Assembly (NCBI GenBank): GCA_965116925.1
Contig: OZ220744.1
Span: 128,001-192,000, forward strand
Reading direction: 5' to 3'
Length of the DNA: 64,000 nucleotides
DNA from: Candidatus Poribacteria bacterium
Lineage (GTDB): Bacteria > Poribacteria > WGA-4E > PCPOR2b
The translations under genes were made by a program, and so were the position numbers. The notes under the pieces are model-generated. The model was not told where the DNA came from and did no database searches. It saw nothing but the letters and a program-made list of their open reading frames with translations. Below are positions 18,556 to 28,525 of this stretch, piece after piece (the stretch's first letter is position 1; every line of letters begins with the position of its first letter).

Positions 18556-19653
18556 TTAATCAATCTCCCGAAAATCAGGCACCTCAACGGGCGTTCCGCC
18601 ATTCGCAATAGACTCCTCAGAAACTAATCCCGGCACTGTCAAATCCATAGCATCATAGACATCAATTGGCGGTTTGGTGTCATTGATGATGCTATCGACA
18701 AAACCCCTCATCTCAAAATATTCCTCAGTCACATCTCCAGCCTTCACCGCCTCCTCCGGCGGATTTTTCCAACTCTCCGGCAGAAACTCCTCCTCAAAAT
18801 TTGCGAGAGGCTCCCACTGACCCTGTTGATGGTAATCTGCCAACCAAACTTTTTCGACATCCCCCAATCCCCGTGTACCTTCGTAACAACCCTTTGTCCC
18901 CTGCAAACTCAAGTATGAATTTGCGGGACGGTTAGAGAGCATATCGATCCGGATCTTAATCAGCGCACCGCTTTCGGTCTTACACAACATCATCACTGTA
19001 TCTTCCATAGCGTGCTCCGGGTCCGTATGCACACCAGTACCAAGACAACACACCGAAACGACCCGTTCATCAAACCAATCCATCACCGGACCGAGGCTAT
19101 GTGTCGCATAGTTACACCGGTTTATGCCGACCTGCCAATAGTACCGCCAAGTCGGATTGCCACTGCTATCGTGATGCAGCACTTTGATGTCATGAAGATA
19201 TTCGCCCTCACCAAAATAGATGTCTCCGAACAAACCTTGACGCACCATGTTTCCGATCAGCATACTCGACCGCGTATAGCACTTATTCTCCGCCATCATA
19301 TACTTTGTTTTGCTTTTTCGGACTGCTCTGACCAACTCGTAGCACTGTTCGATAGAGGTCGCCGCCGTCACCTCACTGACCACATGCTTCCCCGCCTCCA
19401 ACGCCGAAATAGACTGCGGCACATGCAAATTTTCAGGCGTTCCCAGCACGACGATATCAATATCATCCGCGAGCATCTCTTCATAGTCCGTGAACCGTTT
19501 CGGAACACCAAATTGCTCCCCGACCTCATGGAGGGTATCTTCGTTCAGATCACAAACTGCGGTCACCTCTGTTTCTGTAATGGTTGTGAAGGGACGGATG
19601 TGCCCGGCTCCTCTACGTGCGCCAACAATGCCAACTTTTAATCGATCCTTCAT
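18556..19653 (-). CDS. Gfo/Idh/MocA family oxidoreductase
   Basis: MKDRLKVGIVGARRG, SEV in place of EKP, YATHSLGP. The ORF-track 5' extension runs through a MITE and is not credible. Confidence 0.88.
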   Translation of the reverse strand: MKDRLKVGIVGARRGAGHIRPFTTITETEVTAVCDLNEDTLHEVGEQFGVPKRFTDYEEMLADDIDIVVLGTPENLHVPQSISALEAGKHVVSEVTAATSIEQCYELVRAVRKSKTKYMMAENKCYTRSSMLIGNMVRQGLFGDIYFGEGEYLHDIKVLHHDSSGNPTWRYYWQVGINRCNYATHSLGPVMDWFDERVVSVCCLGTGVHTDPEHAMEDTVMMLCKTESGALIKIRIDMLSNRPANSYLSLQGTKGCYEGTRGLGDVEKVWLADYHQQGQWEPLANFEEEFLPESWKNPPEEAVKAGDVTEEYFEMRGFVDSIINDTKPPIDVYDAMDLTVPGLVSEESIANGGTPVEVPDFREID

Positions 19654-19770
19654 CTGCGGCTCCCTTTTTGTTTTGAGAGTATTTGTGACCAAGTGCTTTG
19701 GTACATCACACAGAGATTTTACTCCATTTCCAGCAATTGTGCAATCGTATAGTTTTGGAGCCGGGCTGTT

Positions 19771-19871
19771 TATAGTGAATTCTAAAAATAAATAGACACT
19801 TTCGCCCCCGGTAGGTGCGGTTTGCAACCGTACCGGTTTGGAGTGCCTCATTAATTCTAAGATCCACTATA
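19771..19871. mobile_element. ~100-bp TA-flanked MITE with ~30-bp imperfect terminal inverted repeats, copy 1
   Basis: Left end TATAGTGAATTCTAAAAATAAATAGACACT; right end reverse complement TATAGTGGATCTTAGAATTAATGAGGCACT. Second copy at 58767-58868. Confidence 0.7.
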
Positions 19872-19961
19872 GTTCTCTAATTGGATCTGCCTCCTAATTT
19901 GACATCAGGAGGCAGATATCTTCGGTCCCGCGAAACGAGACCTTACAAGTTTGAGCAAGCA

Positions 19962-20849
19962 TCACTGTGTTCTTGCTAGCTTAATCACCGTCGGTCGAGA
20001 GAGGTCATCCATCGCATCTAAAGCCCATGCTGCATACAAACGAACCCCAGTCACTTTACAATGCGACACCTCTGTCAAGACGCGGATAGCCATATCGTGT
20101 TTGGAGTTGTCAACTTGAGCCAACGCATAAGCGGCATTGGCACGTACCCACAGCGACTCATCGTTTAATGCGTTGATCAACGCAGCAACAGCCGTTTGTG
20201 TCGGTACGCCAATCTGACCTAACGCCTTCGCTGCAGTACCACGGAGGGTCACCTGTTGGTGATTGAGTACGTGTGCCAACCCAGGAATAGCTGCTTCGGC
20301 TGGTGCACCAATCTGCCCCAGCATCGCAGCCGCCCAAATACGAACGTTGATATGCTGGTCGCTCAACGCTTGAATTAAGGCGAACACAACTGCTTGAGAC
20401 GCTTGGTCAATCCTGCCCAACGCCGAAGCAGCATTTTGACGAACTTCCCATCGCTCATCGTTCAATGCGTGTACCAATGCAGGGATCGTATCAGGTTCAC
20501 CAATCCGACCCAGAGCGTAAGCTGCAGTAGAACGAACGACAACATCTCTGCTCTTTAGTAATCGTATCAATTCAGGTACAGTAGGAGTACCTATCCGCAC
20601 TAAAGCGGCGGCAGCCGCAGCCCGGATCTCGCCACGCTCATCCTTCAATGACTGGACCAACACTGTGACAGAGCCCGGATTGCCAATCTGTCCTAACGCA
20701 TAAGCAGCTTTACGACGGACCTCAACTATCTCTTCTTTGTCTTGCAGTTGCTCAATAAAAGAACCTATCTCCTGTCCTTCAGCTGAGACTCCAATAGCTA
20801 TCGCACTGATAATTCCGAAAAAAATCAAACTAATTCTATAGCATCTCAC
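19962..20849 (-). CDS. Exported HEAT repeat protein
   Basis: Signal peptide plus about 8 'VR..AA.ALG.IG' repeats. Confidence 0.85.
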   Translation of the reverse strand: MRCYRISLIFFGIISAIAIGVSAEGQEIGSFIEQLQDKEEIVEVRRKAAYALGQIGNPGSVTVLVQSLKDERGEIRAAAAAALVRIGTPTVPELIRLLKSRDVVVRSTAAYALGRIGEPDTIPALVHALNDERWEVRQNAASALGRIDQASQAVVFALIQALSDQHINVRIWAAAMLGQIGAPAEAAIPGLAHVLNHQQVTLRGTAAKALGQIGVPTQTAVAALINALNDESLWVRANAAYALAQVDNSKHDMAIRVLTEVSHCKVTGVRLYAAWALDAMDDLSRPTVIKLARTQ

Positions 20850-21098
20850 GGTTCATCCTCCTGTTCCGGTTGACATTAAAATCATTTGGTGATTTACCGT
20901 CAAAAAATAAAAATCTAATGGTTCATACATTTCAACCTCATCTTCCTTTCTCACAATTCACCCTCTTACGAAAGAGTGTCCCTGTTTCTAAAAAAACAGG
21001 GAGAGTTAGAGGGATTAAATGCCTCATTGAATTACCAATCCCTACATAACTCCCTGTGTCTGTTTTTCTTCAAAATATCTTCGCTTATGTTAAGATTT

Positions 21099-21142
21099 GT
21101 GCAAAGAAACCGAGTTTTTTCGGCAAAACTCGGTTTCTCTTC
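21099..21142. repeat. GAAACCGAG palindromic repeat, empty copy
   Basis: GTGCAAAGAAACCGAGTTTTTTCGGCAAAACTCGGTTTCTCTTC, near-identical to 23809-23852. Confidence 0.75.
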
Positions 21143-21572
21143 ATATTCCGCTTGTTCCGCGTAGCGGAATCCCGATGGATCGGAACGAGGATCCTCAATG
21201 AATCGTGGTTTGCACTTTCTTTTTACATCAGCCAATATCTTTATCTTCGGAAGATTTGTATGTCGAAATGTTCACAATAGAGAAAACATTATTTTCCTTG
21301 TTGTGAATTATACCACACAAACATGAAGTATTCAAGTTAAAATTACGAATTTGTGAGAAAACAAATCTTCCCACTAAGATCGATGGTTGTGATACAATAT
21401 CAAGTGTGCGGTATTGTTAAGATGGTGGGAAGTGTGGCGGTTGGGCGGAGGGAAGAGTGGACTATCCTTCCCTCATTCCGTGCAGTTTTGCTTGGAGAGA
21501 CTTTCGCCCAATGTGTGTATTCTAGGAGGCTATAAAACCTTGGCTCATAAAAAAAGAAAGCGCAAAATACCG

Positions 21573-21661
21573 AAAGAAACCGTAGGCGGGGCATCTGGTT
21601 TCCCCGCCCGCCGTAAGGGTTGGGTGACCCAACCCCTACAAAAACTCGGTTTCTGTTGCAC
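21573..21661. repeat. GAAACCGAG repeat with an inserted inverted GTAG-REP pair
   Basis: AAAGAAACC-[GTAGGCGGGG...GGGTTGGGTGACCCAACCCCTAC]-AAAAACTCGGTTTCTGTTGCAC. Confidence 0.7.
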
Positions 21662-21682
21662 GCTTTCTTAACATGAGTCACC

Positions 21683-22747
21683 TCATTTGTAGACAGTTGT
21701 TTCAGGATGGTAGCGTGCCCAAGCAAACCAGTAAATATTCATCGCCGGCAACCGCTCTAGTCTGTGTCCTTTGAGTTTACCGTCGGTTGCTACCCCTGTT
21801 ATGAGGTTCCACGTTGTCCCCGTTGGAGTGTCTTTAACAAAGTAACCTTGCGCCGGCTTAAATTTCAATGTTTGTCCAGCCACAGTGCGGAGAAAAACAG
21901 CGGTCGCATTCGACGCCAAATCATGAAAGGCTAACACTGGCATATTATCCACTTCATCGTTGATGATTGATTGCTTCTTAAAAGCTGTGAAGGGATAAGC
22001 GCGATAGCTTTCATTGATACGAACGCCAACAACTAGCTCCTTGTTCATCAAGCGTTTATCGGTATACTGTGTGCCGCTGATACCTGTGTCGGGACTCGCA
22101 TGATACCTAGCGTAATTATCGGCTCTTATTTCTTGGATTTGCCTATCGGGACGACGAAAATCGCTTGCCACAGAGAGCACTTTTGTCAATGGCTGGTTGC
22201 GTTTCCAATCTTTCCATCTGATTCGCGGTGTACCAGCTAACATGTTCAACCGTTTTCCCTTGAGTTCACCTTGCACCGCTTCACCGGTGATGTGCGACCA
22301 AAGGGTCCGGGTTTGATGGTCATACATAAGCAGCGCATCGCGTAACAGTTTGCCGGACACACCAAACGTGTAGGTTTCTCCGTCAAGTTCGCGACTATAC
22401 ACGATAGCCGTCTTGCAGAGCGGTCACCATGTCGTCGCAATCTTGACGCCCCCGACCTCATCATTGACAATTTCATGTCCGTTAAGCAGATGGATTGAGT
22501 AGGCGTGACTTTCGCCGTTGAAACTGACACCAATCACCGGCGAGTCATCTGCGAGTTTCGCTTTATTGGCAGAGACAAATTCGGGATTTAGGATTGCAGG
22601 AATCGCATCGTACGGTAGAACTGTGAGGATGCGATCATCCGAATAATCTTTTGCTGATGCTATCGCATTAACCTCCCCCGAATATTGGGCACAGCCGAAC
22701 AGTATAAAAGCTGCTATTGTCAATAGAAGGATTAAATTCTTTTTCAT
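21683..22747 (-). CDS. DUF3179 family lipoprotein, predicted selenoprotein (UGA read as Sec at 22424-22426)
   Basis: ORFs 22424-22747 and 21683-22402 are in frame and joined by TGA, giving ATTW-U-PLCKTAIVYSR (homologues have CPLC). Motifs DAIPAILNP, HEIVND, FGVSGKL, LLMYD.QT..LWS, YWFAW..YHPET. Lipobox LFGC. Confidence 0.85.
22392..22410 (-). promoter_or_regulatory. Putative bacterial SECIS hairpin
   Basis: CGGCUAU-CGUGU-AUAGUCG, a 7-bp stem with a G/U loop, starting 14 nt 3' of the UGA. Confidence 0.55.
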
Positions 22748-22917
22748 TTTTTTTCCCTTTTAAATTTGACTATAGGTACACTTTCTGAGAACTTCCTCAG
22801 AAGATATTGGAAAGAATTTCAAATTATTACGTTCAGAAAAGTATACCACACCGTTAGGGAGTATTCGTAATTTAACTCACAGATTGTTCAAATTTTAAGT
22901 CTTGGAGGTATAGTATT

Positions 22918-23778
22918 ATGATATACGGTTCAGGTAGCCACACCTATGAGGTCCAAGAAGGTTGGGGACAACTCCCCGAAGGTTGGAAATTTGGTTGGAT
23001 CCCCGCAGTTGCGGTGGATTCACAGGATAGGATTTATGTTTATAGCCGAAGCGAACGCCCAATGGTTGTATTCGATCGCGAAGGTAACTTCGTGGCTTCG
23101 TGGGGAGAGGACATCCTCAAGGACTCACACGGTATTTTCATTGATGCCGAAGATAACATCTATTGTGTCGAGCGAGAGGTGCATGTCATGCACAAATTCA
23201 CCGCTGACGGAGAGCTCCTCATGACGTTGGGGACCCCCGATCAACCCGGTGCAGAGAGTGAACCTTTCAATTTACCGACAGACCTCGCCCTCGGTCCCGA
23301 CGGTGAGATGTTCATTAGCGATGGGTACGGAAACGCACGGATCCACAAATACTCCCCAGATGGTGAGTACATTAAGTCTTGGGGATCACCGGGGACGGGC
23401 CCCGGTGAATTCGATCTCCCACATTGCGTTCGAGTAGACCGTCACAACCGGGTAATGGTTGCAGACCGGAGCAACAACCGCATCCAGCTTTTCACGCTTG
23501 ATGGCGAATATATTGAGGAGTGGGGCGGATTCCTAGAGCCAGATACCATCTTTATTGATGACGATGACATTGTTTACATTGCAGAGTTACAGCAGCGCGT
23601 CACGATTCTGACGCTTGACGGTGAAATCATCACCCAATGGGGTAGCGAACGCGGTAGCACTGTTCCCGGCGAATTCTTCGCCTGTCCACACGGTATCTGG
23701 TTGGATTCGCACGGCGATATCTATGTCAGCGAAGTGCAGGCGGATCATCGCTTGCAAAAATTTGTCCGACAAAAGTAA
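22918..23778 (+). CDS. NHL-repeat protein, peptidyl-alpha-hydroxyglycine alpha-amidating lyase-like family
   Basis: FNLPTDLA, SDGYGNARIHK, GEFDLPH, ADRSNNRIQ. Confidence 0.85.
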   Translation: MIYGSGSHTYEVQEGWGQLPEGWKFGWIPAVAVDSQDRIYVYSRSERPMVVFDREGNFVASWGEDILKDSHGIFIDAEDNIYCVEREVHVMHKFTADGELLMTLGTPDQPGAESEPFNLPTDLALGPDGEMFISDGYGNARIHKYSPDGEYIKSWGSPGTGPGEFDLPHCVRVDRHNRVMVADRSNNRIQLFTLDGEYIEEWGGFLEPDTIFIDDDDIVYIAELQQRVTILTLDGEIITQWGSERGSTVPGEFFACPHGIWLDSHGDIYVSEVQADHRLQKFVRQK

Positions 23779-23912
23779 CTTCACTTTGTTCGCTCATGTA
23801 AAGGATTAGTGCAAAGAAACCGAGTTTTTTCGGCAAGACTCAGTTTCTCTTCGTGCTTTGCACTTTCTTTTCATATGAGCTGCTTTGTTTTGTTGTGGAG
23901 GGTTTATACAAA

Positions 23913-24725
23913 ATGTCGGATATGGAAGGCACCCAGCGTTGTGTGCTCATCACTGGGGGTGCCAGCGGCTTCGGCTTGGCTATCGCCGAAGCACTGCTCG
24001 CCCAGCAGGCACGCGTAGCAATCGGCGACATAGATTCCGAGCAGTTACAAGAAGCCGCCCGAAGCTTGGATCGGGGAGATGACCTCTTGCCCGTGGAACT
24101 CGACGTGACCTCATCCGTTTCAGTAAAGTCAGCGGTGGCGGCTTGTCAGGAAACCTTTGGGGGATTGGATACGCTGATCAATTCGGCGGGTGTCATCCAC
24201 TTTGCACCATTGGCAGAAATCTGTGAGGCGGATTGGGACCATGTGATAGACGTAGATCTGAAAGGTCCGTTCTTGTGCAGCCAAGCAGCTGCACCATTAT
24301 TGTGCGAAAGTGGAAGACGTGGGCGTATCGTCAACATCGGTTCCGATGCTGCAAAAATTGGGTGTCCAATGATTCTTTCGTACTGTGCGGCCAAGTTCGG
24401 CGTCGTCGGATTGACCAAGGCACTCGCTGCCGAGTTAGCACCTTACGAAGTAACCGTCAACTGTGTCTGTCCGGTAGGGGTTTCGACGACCGGTATGGGA
24501 CAAACAGTTCTCGACTGGAAAATTGGCACGACAGGTCAAAAAACCGATGAGATCCTTTCAGAAACCGCGGCAGGCATTCCGCTCAAGCGCAATGCCACCG
24601 TGGCGGATGTGGTCAATGCGGTCATGTTCTTTCTGTCCGATGCGTCAGCCTTTTTAACAGGTGTTGCACTGGATGTTGATGGAGGATTGCTCAGTACCAT
24701 GCCTATACCGGGCGCTGAAGAATAA
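23913..24725 (+). CDS. SDR family oxidoreductase
   Basis: TGGASGFG, NSAG, YCAAK. Confidence 0.9.
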   Translation: MSDMEGTQRCVLITGGASGFGLAIAEALLAQQARVAIGDIDSEQLQEAARSLDRGDDLLPVELDVTSSVSVKSAVAACQETFGGLDTLINSAGVIHFAPLAEICEADWDHVIDVDLKGPFLCSQAAAPLLCESGRRGRIVNIGSDAAKIGCPMILSYCAAKFGVVGLTKALAAELAPYEVTVNCVCPVGVSTTGMGQTVLDWKIGTTGQKTDEILSETAAGIPLKRNATVADVVNAVMFFLSDASAFLTGVALDVDGGLLSTMPIPGAEE

Positions 24726-24747
24726 CGCTCTCAAAGGAGAAGTGCCG

Positions 24748-25080
24748 ATGCAGCGTGTTGCTTTTGTCATGCGTGTGAAGGAGGGGCAGCAAGAGGAATA
24801 TATCCGACGACACCAGCAAGTTTGGCAAGAGGTGCTAGCAGATTTACAGCGGGCAGGCGTTCACAGAATGAGTATCTTCATGTTCGGTCTGCAACTCTTT
24901 CTTTACATGGAAGTCGAGGATTACGCTGCAGCCGCTCGTATTCTGGCGGAGAGCGATGATTCCGTACGCTGGGAAGAATACATGGCACCGATCATGGAAA
25001 ATGCTACCGGCGAAGACTACGATCCTGATAACGCTTATCCCGAAGGTTTGCCTGAGGTCTTTTACTGGCAAGCCGATTGA
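24748..25080 (+). CDS. L-rhamnose mutarotase family protein
   Basis: AAGGAG RBS; M.RVAF.MRVK...EEY.RRH..VW, W..YM..IM, L.EVF. Confidence 0.8.
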   Translation: MQRVAFVMRVKEGQQEEYIRRHQQVWQEVLADLQRAGVHRMSIFMFGLQLFLYMEVEDYAAAARILAESDDSVRWEEYMAPIMENATGEDYDPDNAYPEGLPEVFYWQAD

Positions 25081-25194
25081 ACGGTGGTTGATCGACAAGC
25101 TAGTCGCTAGGAAAACATTTATGGCTTGACCGACCGTACAATGTATACTATCCTACCTAAAGGGTTCATCTGTCAATTGAGGAGGGATGAAAAA

Positions 25195-25695
25195 GTGAAA
25201 TTGGTAAAGATTATTCTACTTCTATGCTGGGGTTGTGTTGCTTGGCTAGGATGTGGAAAGACATATCAATCCATTTCCGCCGATAGCTTAGGGACACAAC
25301 TGAGTGGGTACGAAGGGCAGCGCATATCAATACTTGGGGTTCCCGACGCTCCTCACCACGGTGATTTCTTGCCACCGATGCCCTACAACAAAGGACAATG
25401 GAGAATTGTTATCAACGGCGTTAGCTGCACGGAGACCGTCAATTTCGAGAATCAACCTCGCATCCGATCGATGTTGCAAATGGCAGCGTTCGCGCGGAAG
25501 CAAAATCGTCCAATTACAGTCTCAGGGGTCGTCAAGGAGGGGCAATTAGATATAGAGCATTTTGAGGGAATTCGCACCGATACAGCATGGCATAAAAATA
25601 AAAATCCGTACTACTCTTATGCTGCCTATTACGAGTGGTCTCCGTTTGCCTATATCCCAAATGCTCGGGTCCCCAAAATTTCAAGGATGCAGTAG
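25195..25695 (+). CDS. Hypothetical lipoprotein
   Basis: GGAGG upstream of GTG 25195; lipobox WLGC. Confidence 0.55.
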   Translation: MKLVKIILLLCWGCVAWLGCGKTYQSISADSLGTQLSGYEGQRISILGVPDAPHHGDFLPPMPYNKGQWRIVINGVSCTETVNFENQPRIRSMLQMAAFARKQNRPITVSGVVKEGQLDIEHFEGIRTDTAWHKNKNPYYSYAAYYEWSPFAYIPNARVPKISRMQ

Positions 25696-25857
25696 CACCA
25701 TCCGCGGATAATTCAGAAGACTTAGGGCTTATGAGGAATGTGTATTATTTTGAAGTTAGCGAGTCGTGGCGCAGATTGCCTAATCTGCGATTATGCGTAA
25801 TTTCCAAAACTATATCTTATCTGGACCGAAAGATAGGCCGCATATTCAACCGCATCG

Positions 25858-27246
25858 TCATACCAACTTTTTGAATACAAAAGCTCCCAACTCATAGCTT
25901 ATCACGCTATCATCGTTGCCAAACTCAAAAACGGCAATCTCTCCGGCTGCGCGCCCACCGCGAACAAGCCATTCCTCCTCCTTATCAGTCGGTTCAAGGG
26001 CTGCCGGGGCATGTAGGGAATATGCAGCACCACCGTGAGCCACAAGCTGCAAGCTGCCATCCCGCATCTCGATGTTCACATCAATCCCCGGTTCAGCACG
26101 ATAATAACCGATGAACCGTCGCAGTGCCTCCGGCGTCGGCGCAAGCGTCGGCTGCGCTGGTACAGGCTGTACCGCTTCGTCCGCATTCAGCACCATCTCA
26201 AGTACCTCCTGCGCCATCTCAAGGCCGCCGTGCGGGGGCCACATGTTGATAAGAACAACCACCCCTGTTTTACTTGGGACATTAAACCACACCTGCGTTC
26301 CAAAACCGTGAATCCCACCACCGTGATTGTGATAGATATGGTCCCCAATGCGGGGCGCTCGCCAGCCTAGACATTGCCCCGACGACCAGTCCGGCTCGAC
26401 ATATTGCGGCTGTTGAATCTCTGCGAGTGTTTGCCCCTTGATCACCTGCGTGCCACAGCGATCCCCGCCATCGGTTTGGAATTGGAACGACACCCATTTT
26501 GCCAAGTCACTGACGGTAGAATGCAGTTGACCCGCCGATGAAATACCGTTCAGGTGGGCGTAGGGGGCATGTTCAGGACGGTCTTGGTACGGCGTCGGGT
26601 TATAGCCCACGAAGAAGTGAGGACGCAATTCGTCCGTGAGGTCGAAGACTGTGGAGGTTAGACCGAGTGGCTCAATAATATTGGTGTGGACGTATTCGGT
26701 GTATGGCGTACCGGTGACCCGGTACACCACCTCACCGAGTAATCCAAATGCAAGGTTAGAGTATTTGAAGGCGGAGTCCTGCGGGATGACAATCCCTGTC
26801 TCCGGCAGTTTGGCGAGCATCTCCTCACGGCTTGGGAAATCAAGATCATTCCAACCGTGCGTTGGTGACTCGGTGACCAATCCGGATCTGTGCGTCAGCA
26901 ACCGGCGGAGCGTCACGCCTTCGACATCATCGCGGATGGCGCGAGCCGAAGCGAATTCGGGAATGTGTCGCGACAATGGATCTTCCAGCGTGAGTCTACC
27001 TTCATCCCGCAACTGCATAACCGCAGTTGTCGTGAACGTTTTGGTCACTGAAGCGATGCGAGCAATCGTATTTTCAGTAGGCTTTTTGCTCGAATCAAGA
27101 TCCGCTGCGCCGAACCCACCGAACCAAGCAAGTTCTTGATCACGGATAATGCCGAGTGCCATACCGGGAAGTCTATACTTCGCAACTTTTGTTTCTGCCA
27201 AGTGCTCGATGTCCGGTATCAAATTTTGGAGAACACAATCTGCCAT
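25858..27246 (-). CDS. Serine hydrolase, class C beta-lactamase family
   Basis: SVTK (SxxK), YSN, HGG, LLTH.SG. Confidence 0.9.
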   Translation of the reverse strand: MADCVLQNLIPDIEHLAETKVAKYRLPGMALGIIRDQELAWFGGFGAADLDSSKKPTENTIARIASVTKTFTTTAVMQLRDEGRLTLEDPLSRHIPEFASARAIRDDVEGVTLRRLLTHRSGLVTESPTHGWNDLDFPSREEMLAKLPETGIVIPQDSAFKYSNLAFGLLGEVVYRVTGTPYTEYVHTNIIEPLGLTSTVFDLTDELRPHFFVGYNPTPYQDRPEHAPYAHLNGISSAGQLHSTVSDLAKWVSFQFQTDGGDRCGTQVIKGQTLAEIQQPQYVEPDWSSGQCLGWRAPRIGDHIYHNHGGGIHGFGTQVWFNVPSKTGVVVLINMWPPHGGLEMAQEVLEMVLNADEAVQPVPAQPTLAPTPEALRRFIGYYRAEPGIDVNIEMRDGSLQLVAHGGAAYSLHAPAALEPTDKEEEWLVRGGRAAGEIAVFEFGNDDSVISYELGAFVFKKLV

Positions 27247-27257
27247 TTGTAATCTTC

Positions 27258-28496
27258 CTATTCCGTTGATCGAGGTTTCGGTCCCGCCAAAACCCTTTCC
27301 GGGCTTGCACCGACAATGTTCTGATAAACCTCCGGATCGGTCGCGCCCTCGGTCGCGATGATGACAACCCGACTGTTATAATTGAGTCCGAGCTGCTGGC
27401 TCAGATTTTCGTCATAGATGGAGGCCATAAATCCTGCCCATCCTGCAATCCCCGTTTCACCGATAACGACCGGATAATCGCCTCTGATACCTCCCGCTGC
27501 TAGCCGTATCGCATCAATCGCCGCTTCATCAGGGATAGTCAGAAAAGCGAAAGCACCGCCCTTGAGAATATCCCACGCTTGGGAGGAAGCTTCTTCAACG
27601 ACCAACCCGTCCATAACCGATCGACCATCACCACTGACGGTTGTCGCCCTGTTTTCGACCATGCTTTGGTACAGGCAAGCGGATGTGGTTGGCTCAACGA
27701 CAACTACCCTCGGATGGTTGTTTCCATATCGTTCCCACAAATGTCCACAGGTCGCACCGGCAAATCGACCCCCACCGCCGGGGACAAAGACGTGGGTAGG
27801 TGGCTGGGTGCCCCTGAACTGTTGAACGATTTCGTCCGCGACCATTGCGTAGCCTTGCATAATCGCACCAGCAATGTGGGGATACCTAGCAGATTTGTCA
27901 TCCGAAACGACAAAATAGCCTAATCTCTCGGCGTCCATAACAGAACGTTGCACCGCTCGGTCATAGTTTCCCGGGACCCGCACCACCTCCGCGCCGTAGC
28001 CGGCAATCGCTTCCTCCCTACCCGCGCTGACGCCATCGTTCATGTAAATGACACACCGACAACCGAACATACGGGCACCCCACGCCAACGCTCGTCCGTG
28101 GTTGCCCGATGTTGCCGCCGACACGACAATCTCTTGTGTCACTGATTCATACTTGCGATCTATCAAGTCCTGCGTTGTAACCGTTTCCACACCGGTGGTT
28201 TTTTTTATCTCACCTTTCAACACAGATAGCATCGCGTAGACGGGCCCCGTCGGTTTGAAACTCCCCACCTCAAATCGATATCCTTCGTGTTTGCACCACA
28301 GAGTCCTAACACCGCTTGTCAAAGCAAGACCGTTTAGTGCGATTAAAGGCGTTGGTTCATAACCGGGCAACTTTGTAACCTCTGCTTTCACATCGGCAAA
28401 TGCCTCCTGATTCAGTAATGCCTTCTGTGCCGGACCGTACTCCGGGGGAGGGTGGGCTTCTGGATTGATAAAAAGATTGGTTTCGTAAATATTCAT
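27258..28496 (-). CDS. Diaminopropionate ammonia-lyase family PLP enzyme
   Basis: Y.PTPL..L, SFK.., AT(S)GNHGRA.AWGA, IMQGY, PTHVFV..G.G, TEGATDP. Confidence 0.8.
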   Translation of the reverse strand: MNIYETNLFINPEAHPPPEYGPAQKALLNQEAFADVKAEVTKLPGYEPTPLIALNGLALTSGVRTLWCKHEGYRFEVGSFKPTGPVYAMLSVLKGEIKKTTGVETVTTQDLIDRKYESVTQEIVVSAATSGNHGRALAWGARMFGCRCVIYMNDGVSAGREEAIAGYGAEVVRVPGNYDRAVQRSVMDAERLGYFVVSDDKSARYPHIAGAIMQGYAMVADEIVQQFRGTQPPTHVFVPGGGGRFAGATCGHLWERYGNNHPRVVVVEPTTSACLYQSMVENRATTVSGDGRSVMDGLVVEEASSQAWDILKGGAFAFLTIPDEAAIDAIRLAAGGIRGDYPVVIGETGIAGWAGFMASIYDENLSQQLGLNYNSRVVIIATEGATDPEVYQNIVGASPERVLAGPKPRSTE

Positions 28497-28525
28497 ACTT
28501 TTTCGCTTTGATTGGTTAAGTGTTG

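Noticed and set aside
20976..21726. Several short ORFs on both strands
   Set aside because: They are translations of palindromic repeats, and the same pseudo-peptides recur at other repeat copies such as 23809.
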